DNA of 55,442 nt, filler included, from Catajapyx aquilonaris (taxonomy: Eukaryota), in assembly GCA_000934665.2 (NCBI GenBank). It is 2 parts of 2 records of this genome, joined end to end, with 100 filler letters (N's around TTAATTAATTAA, not from the genome) between each part and the next. Parts side by side here need not be neighbours in the genome. Positions count along the whole stretch, not along the records: positions 27,770 to 55,442 come from JYFJ02005020.1; 1 more part is not named here. One strand, given 5' to 3'. Each line of letters starts with the position of its first letter. Within the stretch, counting starts at the first letter, position 1. The translations under genes and the position numbers were made by a program. A model generated the notes under the pieces. It was not told the origin of the DNA. It saw nothing but the letters and a program-made list of their open reading frames with translations, and did not search any database. Positions 37,644 to 50,159 of the stretch are shown here, piece by piece.

Positions 37644-38615
37644 TAAATCTGTAATAAGTGCAATGCGTTCACACCAGCGGCAGGGTATTTCGCTAATAAC
37701 AATATGGCTAGTGGGTAAACAAGAATTGTCGTTTCTAGGTGATGGCATTATGAACAAATGAATTAATGACAGAAAAAATAAGAGGTAAAAAAATCACAGC
37801 TCCAATCCTGCAGCAGGTGGAACTGTGATATTTTGAACATAGATCCGCACCATCCCGCTGCATCTTCGGCCCTTTGACGAAGAAACCAAATTCCGAATAG
37901 TTATTGAGCAAAAAAATTAAACCGTATTTTTTAGTGGTTTTAAATTTTTTGCGGCGTTTTGAAGAGGAATTAAGTAAAAGTGTAAATGGTAGGAAATCAA
38001 GTCACGACGGTGGGGATCTGCGTTCAAAATTTGGAAGCTCTACCTACAGCAGAACTTGAGTTAGGGCGAATAAAAAAAACGTAACAAGAAGAACAACAAG
38101 AAGTAGGAAAAATTCATTGTTGAAACATTGTTGAAATCTATGCTACGGTCTTACTTAAGGGCTACCGCCCTTAAAATGTTCATTGGGTTTTGACCAATTC
38201 CACTACCGCAACTGAAAAAATTCTCCAAAAAAGGCCTCATTTTCGCTCACTTTCAAAGTTTCTCGATTTTCCCCCTCACAATGGTATTGTGCAATGTGGC
38301 TGAAACTTGATGTGCAGCATTGTGGCATATATCTGTAATCTGTACGTCTGTGATTATTTTCACCAAGATCCAAGATGATGTAAAAACATTTCGGCTCACT
38401 TGATTCGAAAAGACCCCTAGTAAACCAGTCCAAACTTTAAAACAACATATCTCAAAAACTAGAGCTGATGGAGCAAAACGGATGCCAATTTTCCCGGGGT
38501 TCTCCCGTTTCCTCCCACTATCAAAATCCATCACATTACAGGCAAATGATTAAAGTCGGATATTCAAAAAGATGATCCCCTAAGAGGCCCAAGGGGCCTA
38601 TCACGGGGTATCCAC

Positions 38616-38677
<62 letters not shown>
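38616..38677. repeat. (TTA)n microsatellite
   Basis: Perfect trinucleotide run. Confidence 0.95.
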
Positions 38678-38679
<2 letters not shown>

Positions 38680-39516
38680 CATTGCCTGCCCTGTGATCGA
38701 TTTTGATTCAACTGTAGTTTATTCAGTAGGTAATACAAGCAACATTTTCCATTGATAATAACATAATATTGGCTGATGTTGGTGATCCCTGTATCACCTA
38801 CATCAGACCATATTATGTTATTACAAATAGGAACTGTTTTTTTCACTTCCATAACAAGTGACCTACAGGCCACCTTCCAAAAAATGTTCTGGTACTTATT
38901 TCAACCTAATAAGTGAAATGTATTTTATTAACCACTTCGGGAAACTGAGTCACACTGGACTACACTTGGCAATGTATCTACAGGGATACATATGTTAATA
39001 GTCAATTACTACGCTCGTAATATTCGTTTTATGAGAGAACTGAGAAGCTGGTTTTATCACATGCTTCATGCACTCACTGGACCTAATTTTCTCTCTCTCA
39101 AAATCATGTTACAGCAATAAAAATAATATTTTTTCTTAACGGTGGTGCAGCAACCTTTCGTAGCAGCCGCCACGTTGGATTCCTTTTTTTCTCTCATGGT
39201 GCAGGCTTATTTTCCCAACAGAACAGTTGCTAGAAGTTGTATCCCAGAATATACACCATCCATTTCAGCACACTTTCTCTCTGGAGGACCCATTACAAAT
39301 GTTTGAAAACAAATGTTTGAAAATGTTGAAAATTCTACAGATACATTGTCAATTAAAGGATTAATCACATGGTAATATTGACAAGGCATTCTACTAACAT
39401 GAAGCTAGGGGCAAACGCAACAACAGAGACAAAAACATCCACTGGTAGTAATTGAGAGCAAGAGAAAAGGGTGTGGTTAAAACATACAGTGAGAAGGAGC
39501 ATATTTCATTACCAAC

Positions 39517-39681
39517 CTTTCACCAACAAGAGACGCATGTTCTGCTCAAATTGGGCTGTTGCTTGCTTAATAAATTCCTCTGTCCATTCATTACTTTGCT
39601 CAGATTCCTGGCTATGAAAGCTCCTGTCACCTGAAGGTCTGTCAGCCATTTGATGAGGTGCATTGAAGTCATCCAATGCAG
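39517..39681 (-). CDS. PEX19: PEX19 coding exon 2
   Basis: (T)ALDDFNAPHQ...EWTEEFIKQATAQFEQNMRLLLVK; completes the PEX3-binding LLDxALDDF motif; acceptor TTTACAG|, donor AAG|GTTGGT; phase 1/1. Confidence 0.88.
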
Positions 39682-39872
39682 CTGTAAATATTATACACAT
39701 AGGTAAAAGATGTGATTATGATACACCAAGGGGGAAAAATCCACAATCATACGAGTATTCAGCAACTTTTTCAGACTATTATAATTGAGATTCAAACAGT
39801 TACAAAAGGGGCCTCAAGGTGAAATACATATCATATCCCATCACACCACTCTATTGAAATTCATCATATCAT

Positions 39873-40124
39873 ATGAAGACCTCAGGGGAAGAACGATCAC
39901 GGTCCACCTCAGGTGAAACTGAGATATTCCAAATTCCAGTTTCGAAGTCCCATAAGGTTATATTGTAAATATCAATTTTGGGGCCTTCCATAGTGACCTG
40001 TGATCATTATTCCACAACCACAACCAAACCATCATATTCTACTCCAGTGAAACTATCTTCTGAGATACGTAACTCATTTTTGACAAAAAGTGGACCTTGA
40101 TCGTTCTTCCCCCGAGGTATTCAT
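39873..40124. mobile_element. MITE, copy 2 of the family at 751-1002
   Basis: Full-length similarity and same TIRs. Confidence 0.8.
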
Positions 40125-40270
40125 ATGCATTGCACATTTGCACTTGCTACTCTGTAGACATTCTCCCTATATCATCAAAAAGGGAAGGTTTAAATGTCCA
40201 ATCTCATGATCCAGAGACAGCAAGGTGAGGCAGGCCTCCAGCTCATCCACTGGAAGCTACTCCTGGCTAG

Positions 40271-41672
40271 AGGGTCATTCCATGTCAAATCACCCATGGG
40301 TGGTTGCTAAACCATCTTGTAAATTTTTTATACGTTCACCATAGGTGGCCTTGACGTTGAATGGTTCAAAACAATTTTTGTTATTTTTTATCTGCTACCA
40401 ACTTAGATTTGCACTCATTTTTCTTCACCATGACCAGCAAAAAAGAGCGTTTTGGAAAAAGGTGTGGTTTCTGTTAAAGATAGGATGTTCTGATTTTTAC
40501 TGCCTGAAAGTCGAGATCGTGGCCTTTTGGAATATGTATACTGTATATTATGTAAGATAACACATTCGTAACTGGGACATTGTTGACCAGTGTAAATAGA
40601 AGAACAGCAATAATGATGTCATATGTTATGTATACTATGAGGGAGTAGCCAGGAAGGGCCAGAATAAGGTTTTGTCAATGTTGTTTCATTATTACCTTCC
40701 TGCTGACTGTCAAACCCTTATACTCATCAATGATGGATGACATCATATGAATAGTGGCTCTGAAAATGTGTACAAATCAATAGGTGCATTCTCTGGTAAT
40801 TAAAATCATGAATTTTTTACGAATTATAATGGAAAGTGGAACATTATGCATTATTATTTCACATTTTGTGTAGGAACTGCAAATGTCCGCCTTGAATTTT
40901 TTTTACAAAATTACTACCACTTGCAGACATTGATATTGATAATGTGTAGGAAACGGCTGGACAGTGTCATCTAGATTCTACGACTTTCACCACAGTGTCT
41001 ATTGCACATGAGTGACCCCTCAAGCGAGTTTCAACCAAACCGGAGGCGACCGACCTTGGTCGTTCCCTTGTATGTAGTGTAACCTACTAGAAGGAGTATC
41101 CTAATCCATCACCAAAATCTCATATTTTTGGCATGTTCGAGATATTAGACCTAGAACCTTTCAAATTTCGGAACTAAAATTCAGCCAGAAGAGATTACAA
41201 TCCCGGATTTATTTCACCATGGCTGGATACCCTTCCAGTCTAAGTTCTTGAAAAGAATTTCATCCTGTGGTTTCAAGCCCATTTGATTTTACAGACCTTT
41301 AAAATTGGCAAAATTTATCATTTGGATGGCTACATTTTGGCCAATTAAAGTCCCAGTTACCAATGTGCTATCTTACATGTATACAGTAGGCCTATACATC
41401 TTCTGAAAAGCCACGATCTCTACTTTCAGACAGTTAAAACCAGAACATCCTACCTTTAACAGAAACCCACATTTTTTCAAAACACTATTTTTTTGCTGGC
41501 CACGGTGAAGAAAAATGAGTGCAAATCCAAGTTGGTGGCAGAAAAAAATAACAAACATTGTTTCGAGCAAGTCAATATCAAGGCCACCTACGGTGAAAAT
41601 ATTTAAAAATAATGAGATGGTCTCGAGCAACCATTTACCATAAAATTGGGCCATTCCCCATGTAATGACCCT
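40271..41672. mobile_element. Diverged foldback element with ~320-bp arms
   Basis: AGGGTCATTCCATG / CATGTAATGACCCT; mirror ORFs 40345+ and 41373-. Confidence 0.7.
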
Positions 41673-42070
41673 ACTTTGACCTCAAATTTTTTTTTAATGG
41701 ACAGGGAGAAATATATTTTTTTAAACCAACTGGTATCAACTTAGATGACAATGAACCTTGCAATGAACATAAGTTATGACCAAGTCACATGCTCAGAGTG
41801 TGTTATGTGCATACTTTGCAGAAGAAGGGGCAATGCCAGTGGATGCATGTCTGTAATGGACACCCATATGTTCTTTGCCGTCTGTCATTAGAGAGCAATG
41901 TTTCCACATTTCTCAACCCTACATTTTAGACTTGTGTTGGGCCAATGTAGCTATTGGGAACTGGATGAATTGCAGTTCTGACACAGTGACACACCCTGTA
42001 TAAGTAATGGTCACATGAGGAAAATGCTTACGAATAACATAATCAACATGCAAAAATATCAGACACTTAC

Positions 42071-42173
42071 TGTCAAGGAGGCATTCAAGATCACCTTCAA
42101 TGGCTGCTGCTCCTGCCTCATATTCTGAATGAGATGGTCCAGCCAGACCATCATCTTTTCCATCATCTGCCAT
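42071..42173 (-). CDS. PEX19: PEX19 coding exon 1
   Basis: MADDGKDDGLAGPSHSEYEAGAAAIEGDLECLLD; donor ACA|GTAAGT phase 1; ATG directly follows acceptor CTTGTAG, implying an upstream UTR exon. Confidence 0.85.
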
Positions 42174-44655
42174 CTACAAGAACTGAAGTTATTGTTACAC
42201 CTTGCTGGCATGTTTCAGGGTTGCAATGTTTTCTGCCTTATTCGTAATAGGCCTATATCTCATCAGAGTAAACCGTAACAGACATTTGGCTATTAAAAAA
42301 CAAAAAAAACTCATTATTACACTCCCACTAATCAGAGGTCTCCTAGTTTATTATGCCACCATGCAAACAAAATGTTCACCAAGCAACTCAAAAGGCAACA
42401 CATGCATTTCTTCTCCATTATCCAAGTAACATTTTGAGATCTGGAATATTTCCAACATCTTCCACTGCTGCCTACTGTCTTGTCTAGTTTCAATTCCTTG
42501 GAACAGTAAGCACTGCACTCTAAGGCTTGAAATGGGTAACAATGTAAGTTGACTTGGTAAGGGGAAAGGAGAGCAGAATATGCCGAAGATTTAAAAAAAA
42601 TATGAAGTATTACTGAGACACTCAGTAAAAGTGCAACATTCATAGTGGTGTAAAATTTCCGTAACACTCCTTTCCTACCCGCTATGCTAATTTCCATGTC
42701 TGATCTTATAGTGCACCAATTACATGCATTGCTGATAGCTCGTTTGTTGGAATGGGAAAGAGCCAAAGCAACTAAGGCTCGACATAAGTGGGACAGATGG
42801 AGACAGAAACAATGTGAGAAAGAAAACAGGGAAAACCGGACATGAATAATTACTGAAGGTTGCAGTACCATGATTCCTACCAAGCATTTCATGGTGCCAG
42901 AATACATTTTCATAGCCTGTAACAGTGATAAAATATATTTTGTGAGAGGTAGTCTATTCACTAATGTTACATTATCTGGGCAATGAAAAAAATTGCATTT
43001 TGTAATTATTAATAATGTATACTTCCAGGATAATAGCAATTGCTTATTGGCATCCTCACATTATATATTTTTCTCACAAAACACCAAGGTTTTGTCTTCC
43101 CAAGTTAACATGACACCACTAGTACCTTATTATCAGCACTTCAACACACCTACCCTTAACCCAAAGACTACCTGTAAACTTCTCTGAGTAAGCTACCTAA
43201 ATAATTTGGGATAGTTCTGAGATGGTTAGCAGTCAAGCTGCCACTCAAAAGCAGTGTGCATGTAATTGCTAGGATTCCATTGTTGCAACAAGAAGATTGT
43301 CAGTGTGCAAGTGGTGAAAAAAGGGATAAAAAATATCCCTGCTCTCCTGCTGTGACAATATGTCCCAACATTTGTGCACAGCCAAATTCGTTGTGGCTTC
43401 CTACAATGATATCCAAGTAATTGCCCAACACAAATGTAGGCCTATCTTGTCACAAGAATTTTGCATGTATTCTTAGGCAGGTGGCAAGCCAGACATCAAG
43501 TTCCTACATCCAGCAGTTTTGAAGATAGCAGATTTCTTATCATGGCTTATTAACATTTATGCAAAAGTTGCAGTCACAGTTTTAAAATAGTTTTGGGCAA
43601 AATGACGATTTTTTCGCCATCCACACATGACGAGAAAAAAATTCTAAATTGTCCTTTTCACTGAAAATGGGGTCGTTTTAAATATTACAAAGGTTACATT
43701 TTCACTTGCAGCTCATTTACAGTTGGGATCTCTTAAAACACAGTTAGAGCTTGCTCAAATCAGGCCTTCTTACAACACATGACAGTGATGACATGAATTT
43801 TTAATGGTAACAGTATCGCATCCTTTTAATTTTGGTGTCAATTGAGGTGACTACATTGTTTGAAATGTATCTTAGCCCCAGGGAGTAACCACTTATAGGG
43901 TCTTGAAATACCCTTAGGAGCCAGGAAAATCGGAAGAGCTGTCAGTGTGCTCTGACGGGTTGGCCACTCGTGTAAGCAGCTGTACACTTTCTCACGCAAT
44001 ACCACAATCACAAGTATACACTCTGGTACAGCCACTCCCCTTATGAAAAGTGATTCTGCAAAATCATAAGTAAGCTGCCGTACTCCTGATTATCCGGGCT
44101 ATTGACTGCACGGGAGTTGCCAGATTATCAGAAAACACGGATAATCGAAAAACTATTCCAGATACTGTACAAGAGAGCTGTTCAGAGGTTTTTAAATGAA
44201 CTACTGCACATACATACTGGACGCAGCTTTAAATCAGGTTTAATCAAAATAATGAAACTTCCCACACATTTTTAGTTTGTCTTCTGGAAAAAAGGATGTC
44301 ATTTTCCTTTGTTTTGGCAACGCATGCATAATCTGCACCTGGAAATAAATCAGGAGTACAGCGTAATCATAATCAGGTGTCCAATTCCAAAGTGGTCAAC
44401 TCCTCTGCACACATTCATTTAGTTGCACTGGAGTCAGCATACCTACCACACCTCTTATATCTTCACAGCAATACCCACTAACAAAACCCCACAAATTCAG
44501 GTCTAACTACACTGTACTCCCGGATTATCTGTGCATTGCCAAAACAAAGGAAAATAAAGTCCGAAAAAATGTCTATATATCTTACAAAGAAATATAACAT
44601 ACTTTTTCCAAAAGACGAACTAAAAATGTGTGGGAAGTTTCATTATTTTGATTAC

Positions 44656-44939
44656 CTCTGGAACCGTGCCGTGGGGTCTTTTTGGACCCCAAGAAATTAA
44701 AATGTATTAAAATTACAATTACAATGAACTGTTTGCCATTTTAAAAAGTATAATAACAGGAAGTGCATGTTTATTTTGAATTAGCGATCATTTTAGGCAT
44801 TGTTCAAAGAATTATTGCATATAGTCAATACATTGAAAACTATCATATAAAAATTAATGAAAATTAAAATATGGCGTGGGGTCCTAAAAGACCCCACGGC
44901 ACAGTTAACGTAACTTTCAGGCACGGAATGGTTCCAGGG
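44656..44939. mobile_element. piggyBac-like MITE, copy 3, nested in a Tigger-like element (~44077-45372)
   Basis: Ends TTCCAGGG|TTAA; inserted at the TTAA seen intact in the related inverted segment at ~44240. Confidence 0.75.
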
Positions 44940-45024
44940 TTAAACCTTAATAAAAGCAGAAAACACTATGTACAGTTGTGGTCACAGTTGTTCATTTAAA
45001 ACCCACGGACAGCTCACTTTGACG

Positions 45025-45266
45025 ATACCGAAGTAGGTTGGCAAGGTGGATAAGGCGTCCGCCTGCTAATCGGGAGGTCCTGGGTTCGAATCCCGGGGCC
45101 GGCAACCCTGATCGTGGTTTTCTGTGGTTTTCTGTGGTTTTCCACGGTCTTCCTAGGATAATTCCGGGGTCGCATCCGTATAATAGGCCACAGCCGCTTC
45201 CTTCCTTTCCTATCCTTGGAGGTTGAAGAGGCAATGCGGGGCCAACCTCCCTAATATCAATTATAA
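45025..45266 (+). mobile_element. tRNA-derived SINE (second family)
   Basis: A box TGGCAAGGTGG, B box GGTTCGAATCCC; perfect 14-bp TSD AGCTCACTTTGACG. Confidence 0.88.
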
Positions 45267-45409
45267 AGCTCACTTTGACGGTATCTAGAACCATTTCCCG
45301 ATTATCCGTGTTTTCCGATTATCCGGACAACACCCGTGCAGTCATTAGTCCGAATAATCTGGAGTAGAGTGTATGACGCAACTTCGCCGTAGTTACTACC
45401 AGGATTCAC

Positions 45410-45700
45410 CTGCGTATCGTCGGACACACGAACGAATACTCGAGTACACAGCCAGAGGTATACAGCTTGCAACGTCACCGCCTGACGCGATCAACTTCCT
45501 GCCTTGTACGCAACAGCACTGGAAAGTGGATTGCAATGGAAAAGTAGCCAGCTAGTCAAGAAAATGAAGCAATTCTCGCCTTCGGCCGCGTCCGAATGGC
45601 AACTGGCAAGTCATGGGGGGCAAGTAGGGCAAATGATGGCGGTCCAAGCTGATCGATACCACCCTCACATTTCTCAGATAGCTGGCTCTTGTGCAAAGAA
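45410..45700. promoter_or_regulatory. Probable bidirectional promoter / 5' UTRs of PEX19 (-) and TMEM223 (+)
   Basis: CpG-retaining, TE-free stretch between head-to-head genes; minus-strand donor GCAG|GTGAAT at 45410/45409 could supply the PEX19 UTR exon. Confidence 0.5.
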
Positions 45701-45842
45701 TGATATGTCTTCTGAGGTACTGCTGGCGGTCAGGTGGAGAAATATGCGTTGGAAGGTTGGATGGCTACAGGCGGTGGGATGTGGTATGTTTTGATGAGAA
45801 TTGTTGGGTGTGCAGGTCAATAACAGTGCGAATTCTTTTCAG

Positions 45843-46161
45843 CCGTGCCGCAGTCTGAAGAGCCGGACACAAGCCCTGCAGAGTGAACGGCTGCCATTTG
45901 AGGTGAACACTAATGTGCCAAAGGATGTGATTTTGTTCAAGTATGACAACCCGAAGTTTTTCCGCAACTTGAACATTTTTGCGATATCGCAGTTCATGTT
46001 TTGGGGGTACTTGTCTCACACTGCCTATACTACGCTCAAGGATGTCAAAGTTAAGGTTGGGATGAAGAATGGCGAGGGAGATGACTTGCCTTGGTGGAGG
46101 AAGGTCAACCTCGGGGAGAAGAAGTATCGCAATGGGATAACCCTTTCCTGCTTTGCCTTAG
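45843..46161 (+). CDS. TMEM223: Transmembrane protein 223, main N-terminal exon (5' boundary and start codon uncertain)
   Basis: PFEVNTNVPKDVILFKYDNPKFFRNLNIFAISQFMFWGYL...LPWWRKVNLGEKKYRNGITLSCFALG; acceptor TTCTTTTCAG|, donor TAG|GTCAGT phase 1. Confidence 0.85.
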
Positions 46162-47020
46162 GTCAGTTGTGATTCAGCAAGGTAGCTGGAATACCACCAT
46201 TTATTATGGATCAACAACAAATTATTTTCATATATTGCCTTAAGTAAAAATGCAAAGTTTGATATGGGAATAGAAATACACATCTTGACCAACTTTTCAG
46301 CATAATATTCAAAGACTGTCATGCACTTGTCCAACTATCATATGAAGTTTGGCGATACCCCTACCATGAAAGGCCATTATCTGAAAAGAAGCCACTAGGT
46401 CCAGTTGCATAAACAGAAACTGATTGGTGAATCTCGGAATATATATCACATGTATTATACATAATATTAGATATTTTCCCCTTCATTTCGTACAACTGGG
46501 CCTGAGGAGCTCATTGGATTTCACTTGTTTCCTCTGCTGGAATCCAGTGCAAGTTGCAGGTTTTCCAGAGGATCAGAGAGGTGATGACACACAGATGACA
46601 CAATGTCAGAACTGCAAGGGAAGATGAAGGGAGCCTTCTTAATGGTAGAACAAAGACACAAATGTCTGCAGATATTATGTTGCAATGGGGAAGGCCGCTT
46701 GTGAAAAGAGAACTAACATGTAAATAATTTTGGTTTCAAAGAAATTTGTGACGGCCACAAACAGCTGAAAATTATTACCTTGGGTAGGTTTATTCAAAAT
46801 TTTATAAAAATGTCATACCCACTGTTGCAGGCTACAGAATATAGATCTTGCCTACTAAATAGAATTGACCTCAAACAAAAAGTTCTTTTCCAAATTCAAA
46901 ATTCACTTAATTTCTATAAATAATCATAACAGCAAAGTTTATCTAACTTTAAGTAATAATGGTATCCCATTAAAACGTTGAAGAACTGGATTTTAAGCAG
47001 TGTCCCTATTCATGCCATTG

Positions 47021-47243
47021 AAGGTAAAAAAATGTATGTTTTTGCAAAAAAGTTGATAAGCATCTCCAAAGTTTACGAATTTTAAAGATCTCAAATTACT
47101 CACAGAACACCATTGCATTCCATTGCATAATGGAATGCAATGGTGTTCTGTGAGTAATTGAGTGAGTAATTGAGATCTTTAAAATTCGTAAACTTTGGAG
47201 ATGCTTATCAACTTTTTTGCAAAAACATACATTTTTTTACCTT
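47021..47243. repeat. Near-perfect hairpin (~105-bp arms, 4-nt loop)
   Basis: AAGGTAAAAAAATGTATG...TTCCATT GCAT AATGGAA...CATACATTTTTTTACCTT; short TGAGTAATTGAG duplication in the right arm. Confidence 0.9.
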
Positions 47244-47427
47244 TCAGGTGGTTACTCTGATAGAATTACTGAATACATAAAGGCCATTTCACAAAAAAAT
47301 GCCAATAATTATTGGCAACAATAAATATAAATAAAAAATTTGCCGCAAGTCGCGCCGTTTGCCGCGCGACATTTTTTTGTGAAATGGCCTTTATGTATTC
47401 AGTAATTCTATCAGAGTAACCACCTGA
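47244..47427. repeat. Second hairpin abutting the first (~58-bp arms)
   Basis: TCAGGTGGTTACTCTGATAGAATTACTG... / ...CAGTAATTCTATCAGAGTAACCACCTGA. Confidence 0.9.
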
Positions 47428-47812
47428 CTGAATCAACAGTTGGTAGGCTATAAAAAAGGATGCCATAGAAACAGCTGATTATCAGCATGCTAATCAAAAC
47501 AGATAATTTTTAAAAACAATTAAGTCTATGCAACTCATAGAGAAAGGACTTCACTTCTACAAAAACCCTATTTTGATATATTTCAATTTTTTAAATTGCC
47601 AATAATTTAAACATTTCATATAACTTTATCCCTATTCATCACTAAGGGTAAGGTAAATGAAATTTCTACTCAGACATATGAGCTGACATTTGTACCACAC
47701 AATATTTCAGTTCCCACCTACTATTCAACCACCCATTGCCTAAATTATTTTGCTGCAGTTGCTGGCCTTTACAACCTTTTCATTGGTGAAAACTTTGCAC
47801 ATTTTTTTTCAG

Positions 47813-47955
47813 GTTATTTTATTTTGGCACTCAGTTGGATGTACACCTTGCGTTCTCTTCGCTACCTAGTGCTAAGGAAAGGTGGGAAAACAGTTGCTTT
47901 CGTCACATATGGACCATTTGGCAAGAACCGGATTCTCAATGTTCCTCTCCAAGAC
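47813..47955 (+). CDS. TMEM223: TMEM223 internal exon
   Basis: (G)YFILALSWMYTLRSLRYLVLRKGGKTVAFVTYGPFGKNRILNVPLQD; acceptor TTTTTTTTCAG|, donor GAC|GTACGT; phase 1 in, phase 0 out. Confidence 0.9.
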
Positions 47956-48204
47956 GTACGTATTTATTATCTGTGAAAATATTGTATCCTATAACGTCCA
48001 GTCAAGTTGAAATGATTTTATCACGGAAATACTCGTATATTACAACCGCTACAAAATGTGATAGAAGGTGATCAGGTGCTTCTCTCCGGTTCACATAAGA
48101 GTGAAGATTTTTGGATATCCATATGTCCGATGGGTCGGTGAGCCGCCCGAAAGTAGTGCCCACCATGCCGTGCCCTACCACTCCTCACAACAAAATGTGC
48201 AGTA

Positions 48205-48365
48205 CAGTTCTGGTCATATATCGAGGCAACCGCCAGCAACATTTTCTGAAGCGGCAGAAGAAGGAATCTTGCTCGCCCATGCTTGAAGTATGCTTATCTT
48301 CGATTGCTTCTTCTGCCGCTTCGGAAAATGTCGCTGGTGGTTGCCTCGATATATGACCAGAACTG
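48205..48365. mobile_element. Small TA-flanked palindromic MITE
   Basis: TA|CAGTTCTGGTCATATATCGAGG ... CCTCGATATATGACCAGAACTG|TA. Confidence 0.75.
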
Positions 48366-50159
48366 TACATGTAGTGCTACAGCTGCCGCATGGGCTGCCC
48401 GTGATAATTCAGCAGTTGAATTACATGTACCAGCACTGTTTCTTTGAGAAAGCCAGAGATATGGGGACCAATTTTGCGGCAGATGGTTTCTGTGTAGCTA
48501 ACAGTTTGCTGTATTCTGCAGTCCTTTTCCTCATGCTGCAGTGTAATTTAAAAAGATTTTACACCACTAATTTGGGATAAAAATTAGTTACGAACATCCT
48601 TCTTGAGTGGAGCTATCGATATTTCAAGTGTGTTCCACAAAACACCACCAAACAGGCTACTGTTTTCACAGTGTAAAAACCAAAGAGCTTATAGTAAAAA
48701 CCGTAGCTGTTGGTCTTCTGGCGGGTACAGTCCAAATCAAAATTTCTAAAGTATAGCTTACTTTCCGGATTCACCCTTTTCTTTTGTACAGGCAAAGGTT
48801 CACTCTTATGTGAACCAGAGAGTACAATATATGAAATAGCACTTGCAGGAATTTTATTGTGATCAATATTTCATGCAGTAGGGAGTGTTCATTATTTGCT
48901 ACAGAATCACTTTTATAGCATTATTAGTAAGGGCAGCTGTGATTTTCACAAAAATCATGAGCCAGGGTAGGGAACTTCTGTAGTATAAAAAATAAAAATT
49001 AGGAAATGAAGAAAACGGGGAAGATTTAACTGAAAGTGGATCTGTTTTCATATGATATCAATAATAATTTAAAAATTAAGAATTATTCTTTTAGTGAAAT
49101 TGAGATAGAACCTGGAGTGAGAGAAATGCATATCTAGTAATATAATGGAACACATTAATATCGAGTCTCACCCCATTTTGTATCAATTAGCTGTGGGAAT
49201 TCCCAATCTGGGTTCTTAATTTTTGGAAAATAACTTCCTCCCCTACTAATAATGCTCTAAAAATAATTTTATTAGTCAGACATATTATTGTGCAATTGAT
49301 TTAAATGTTCCATACTTTCCATGAAGTTTTCGGGAATCAAAAAGTTATGTTGTTAGTGTATTTTTTGAAGTGTTGCATGACGTTTATTATTTGGTCAAAG
49401 ATACAAAGGACCAGTGTTCGGATCCAAAGAAGTCGCATCTGCGCATATTAGTAACGTTGTGTTTCTGAGTGTGTTGCTAGCAATTCTCGGATGCACGGGG
49501 AAAAGAGCATAAGTCAGAAAATGTGCAAATCGAGTTAAGTTATGTGTGATAAAATGTGTAAAGTCCAGTGTTTTAGAAATTAGATTTTCTAAAACATTGG
49601 ACTTGACACATTTTATGTCACACGTATGGTCACACATAACTTAAGGCGGCGCAGTAGCAAAAATACGGTAGGTGCATTTCGTAGGGAACTTAATTTTTTT
49701 TTGTTTCAAAACTGGTCATTAATATGGGAAAACATGAACTAGGTGCCCTGCGCAAAGGTTTGGCCTTTACAATGATACCATGCTTGACATGATTGCATTA
49801 AAATTGTAGACATACTGTGGTCGATTTTGGCGCGATTCCTGACGCCATGTTATTCAAATTGACTTTTCGGGAGCGTAATTTTTCTCTCACTTCATCTCGT
49901 CTTAAAAGTCATTTCTAGGCCGACAATTGAAAAATGACGAACTAAATGCCCTCCGCCAGATCATCTACTATTTTGTGGTGCTATTTTTGTGTCAATTGGC
50001 CCATTTTTACGGCTGTACGGCTGCAGAAGTAGACATGTCAAATCCCCATATGTGGCCCATGCATAAGCAAGTTTGTTTGGGTCATTGCCAAGGGCTCTGC
50101 ATTGTTACCGTATTTTTGCTTCTGCGCCACCTAACTCAAGTTGCACATTTTCTGATTTA

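Noticed and set aside
42332..43039. 235-aa minus-strand ORF, the longest in the track
   Set aside because: No recognisable domain, non-ATG start, Cys/Leu-rich composition typical of AT-rich noncoding DNA; lies in the probable PEX19 UTR intron
45792..45797. Tandem in-frame TGA as possible selenocysteine or readthrough in TMEM223
   Set aside because: More simply removed by a phase-0 intron; lies outside the conserved domain and no SECIS was recognised
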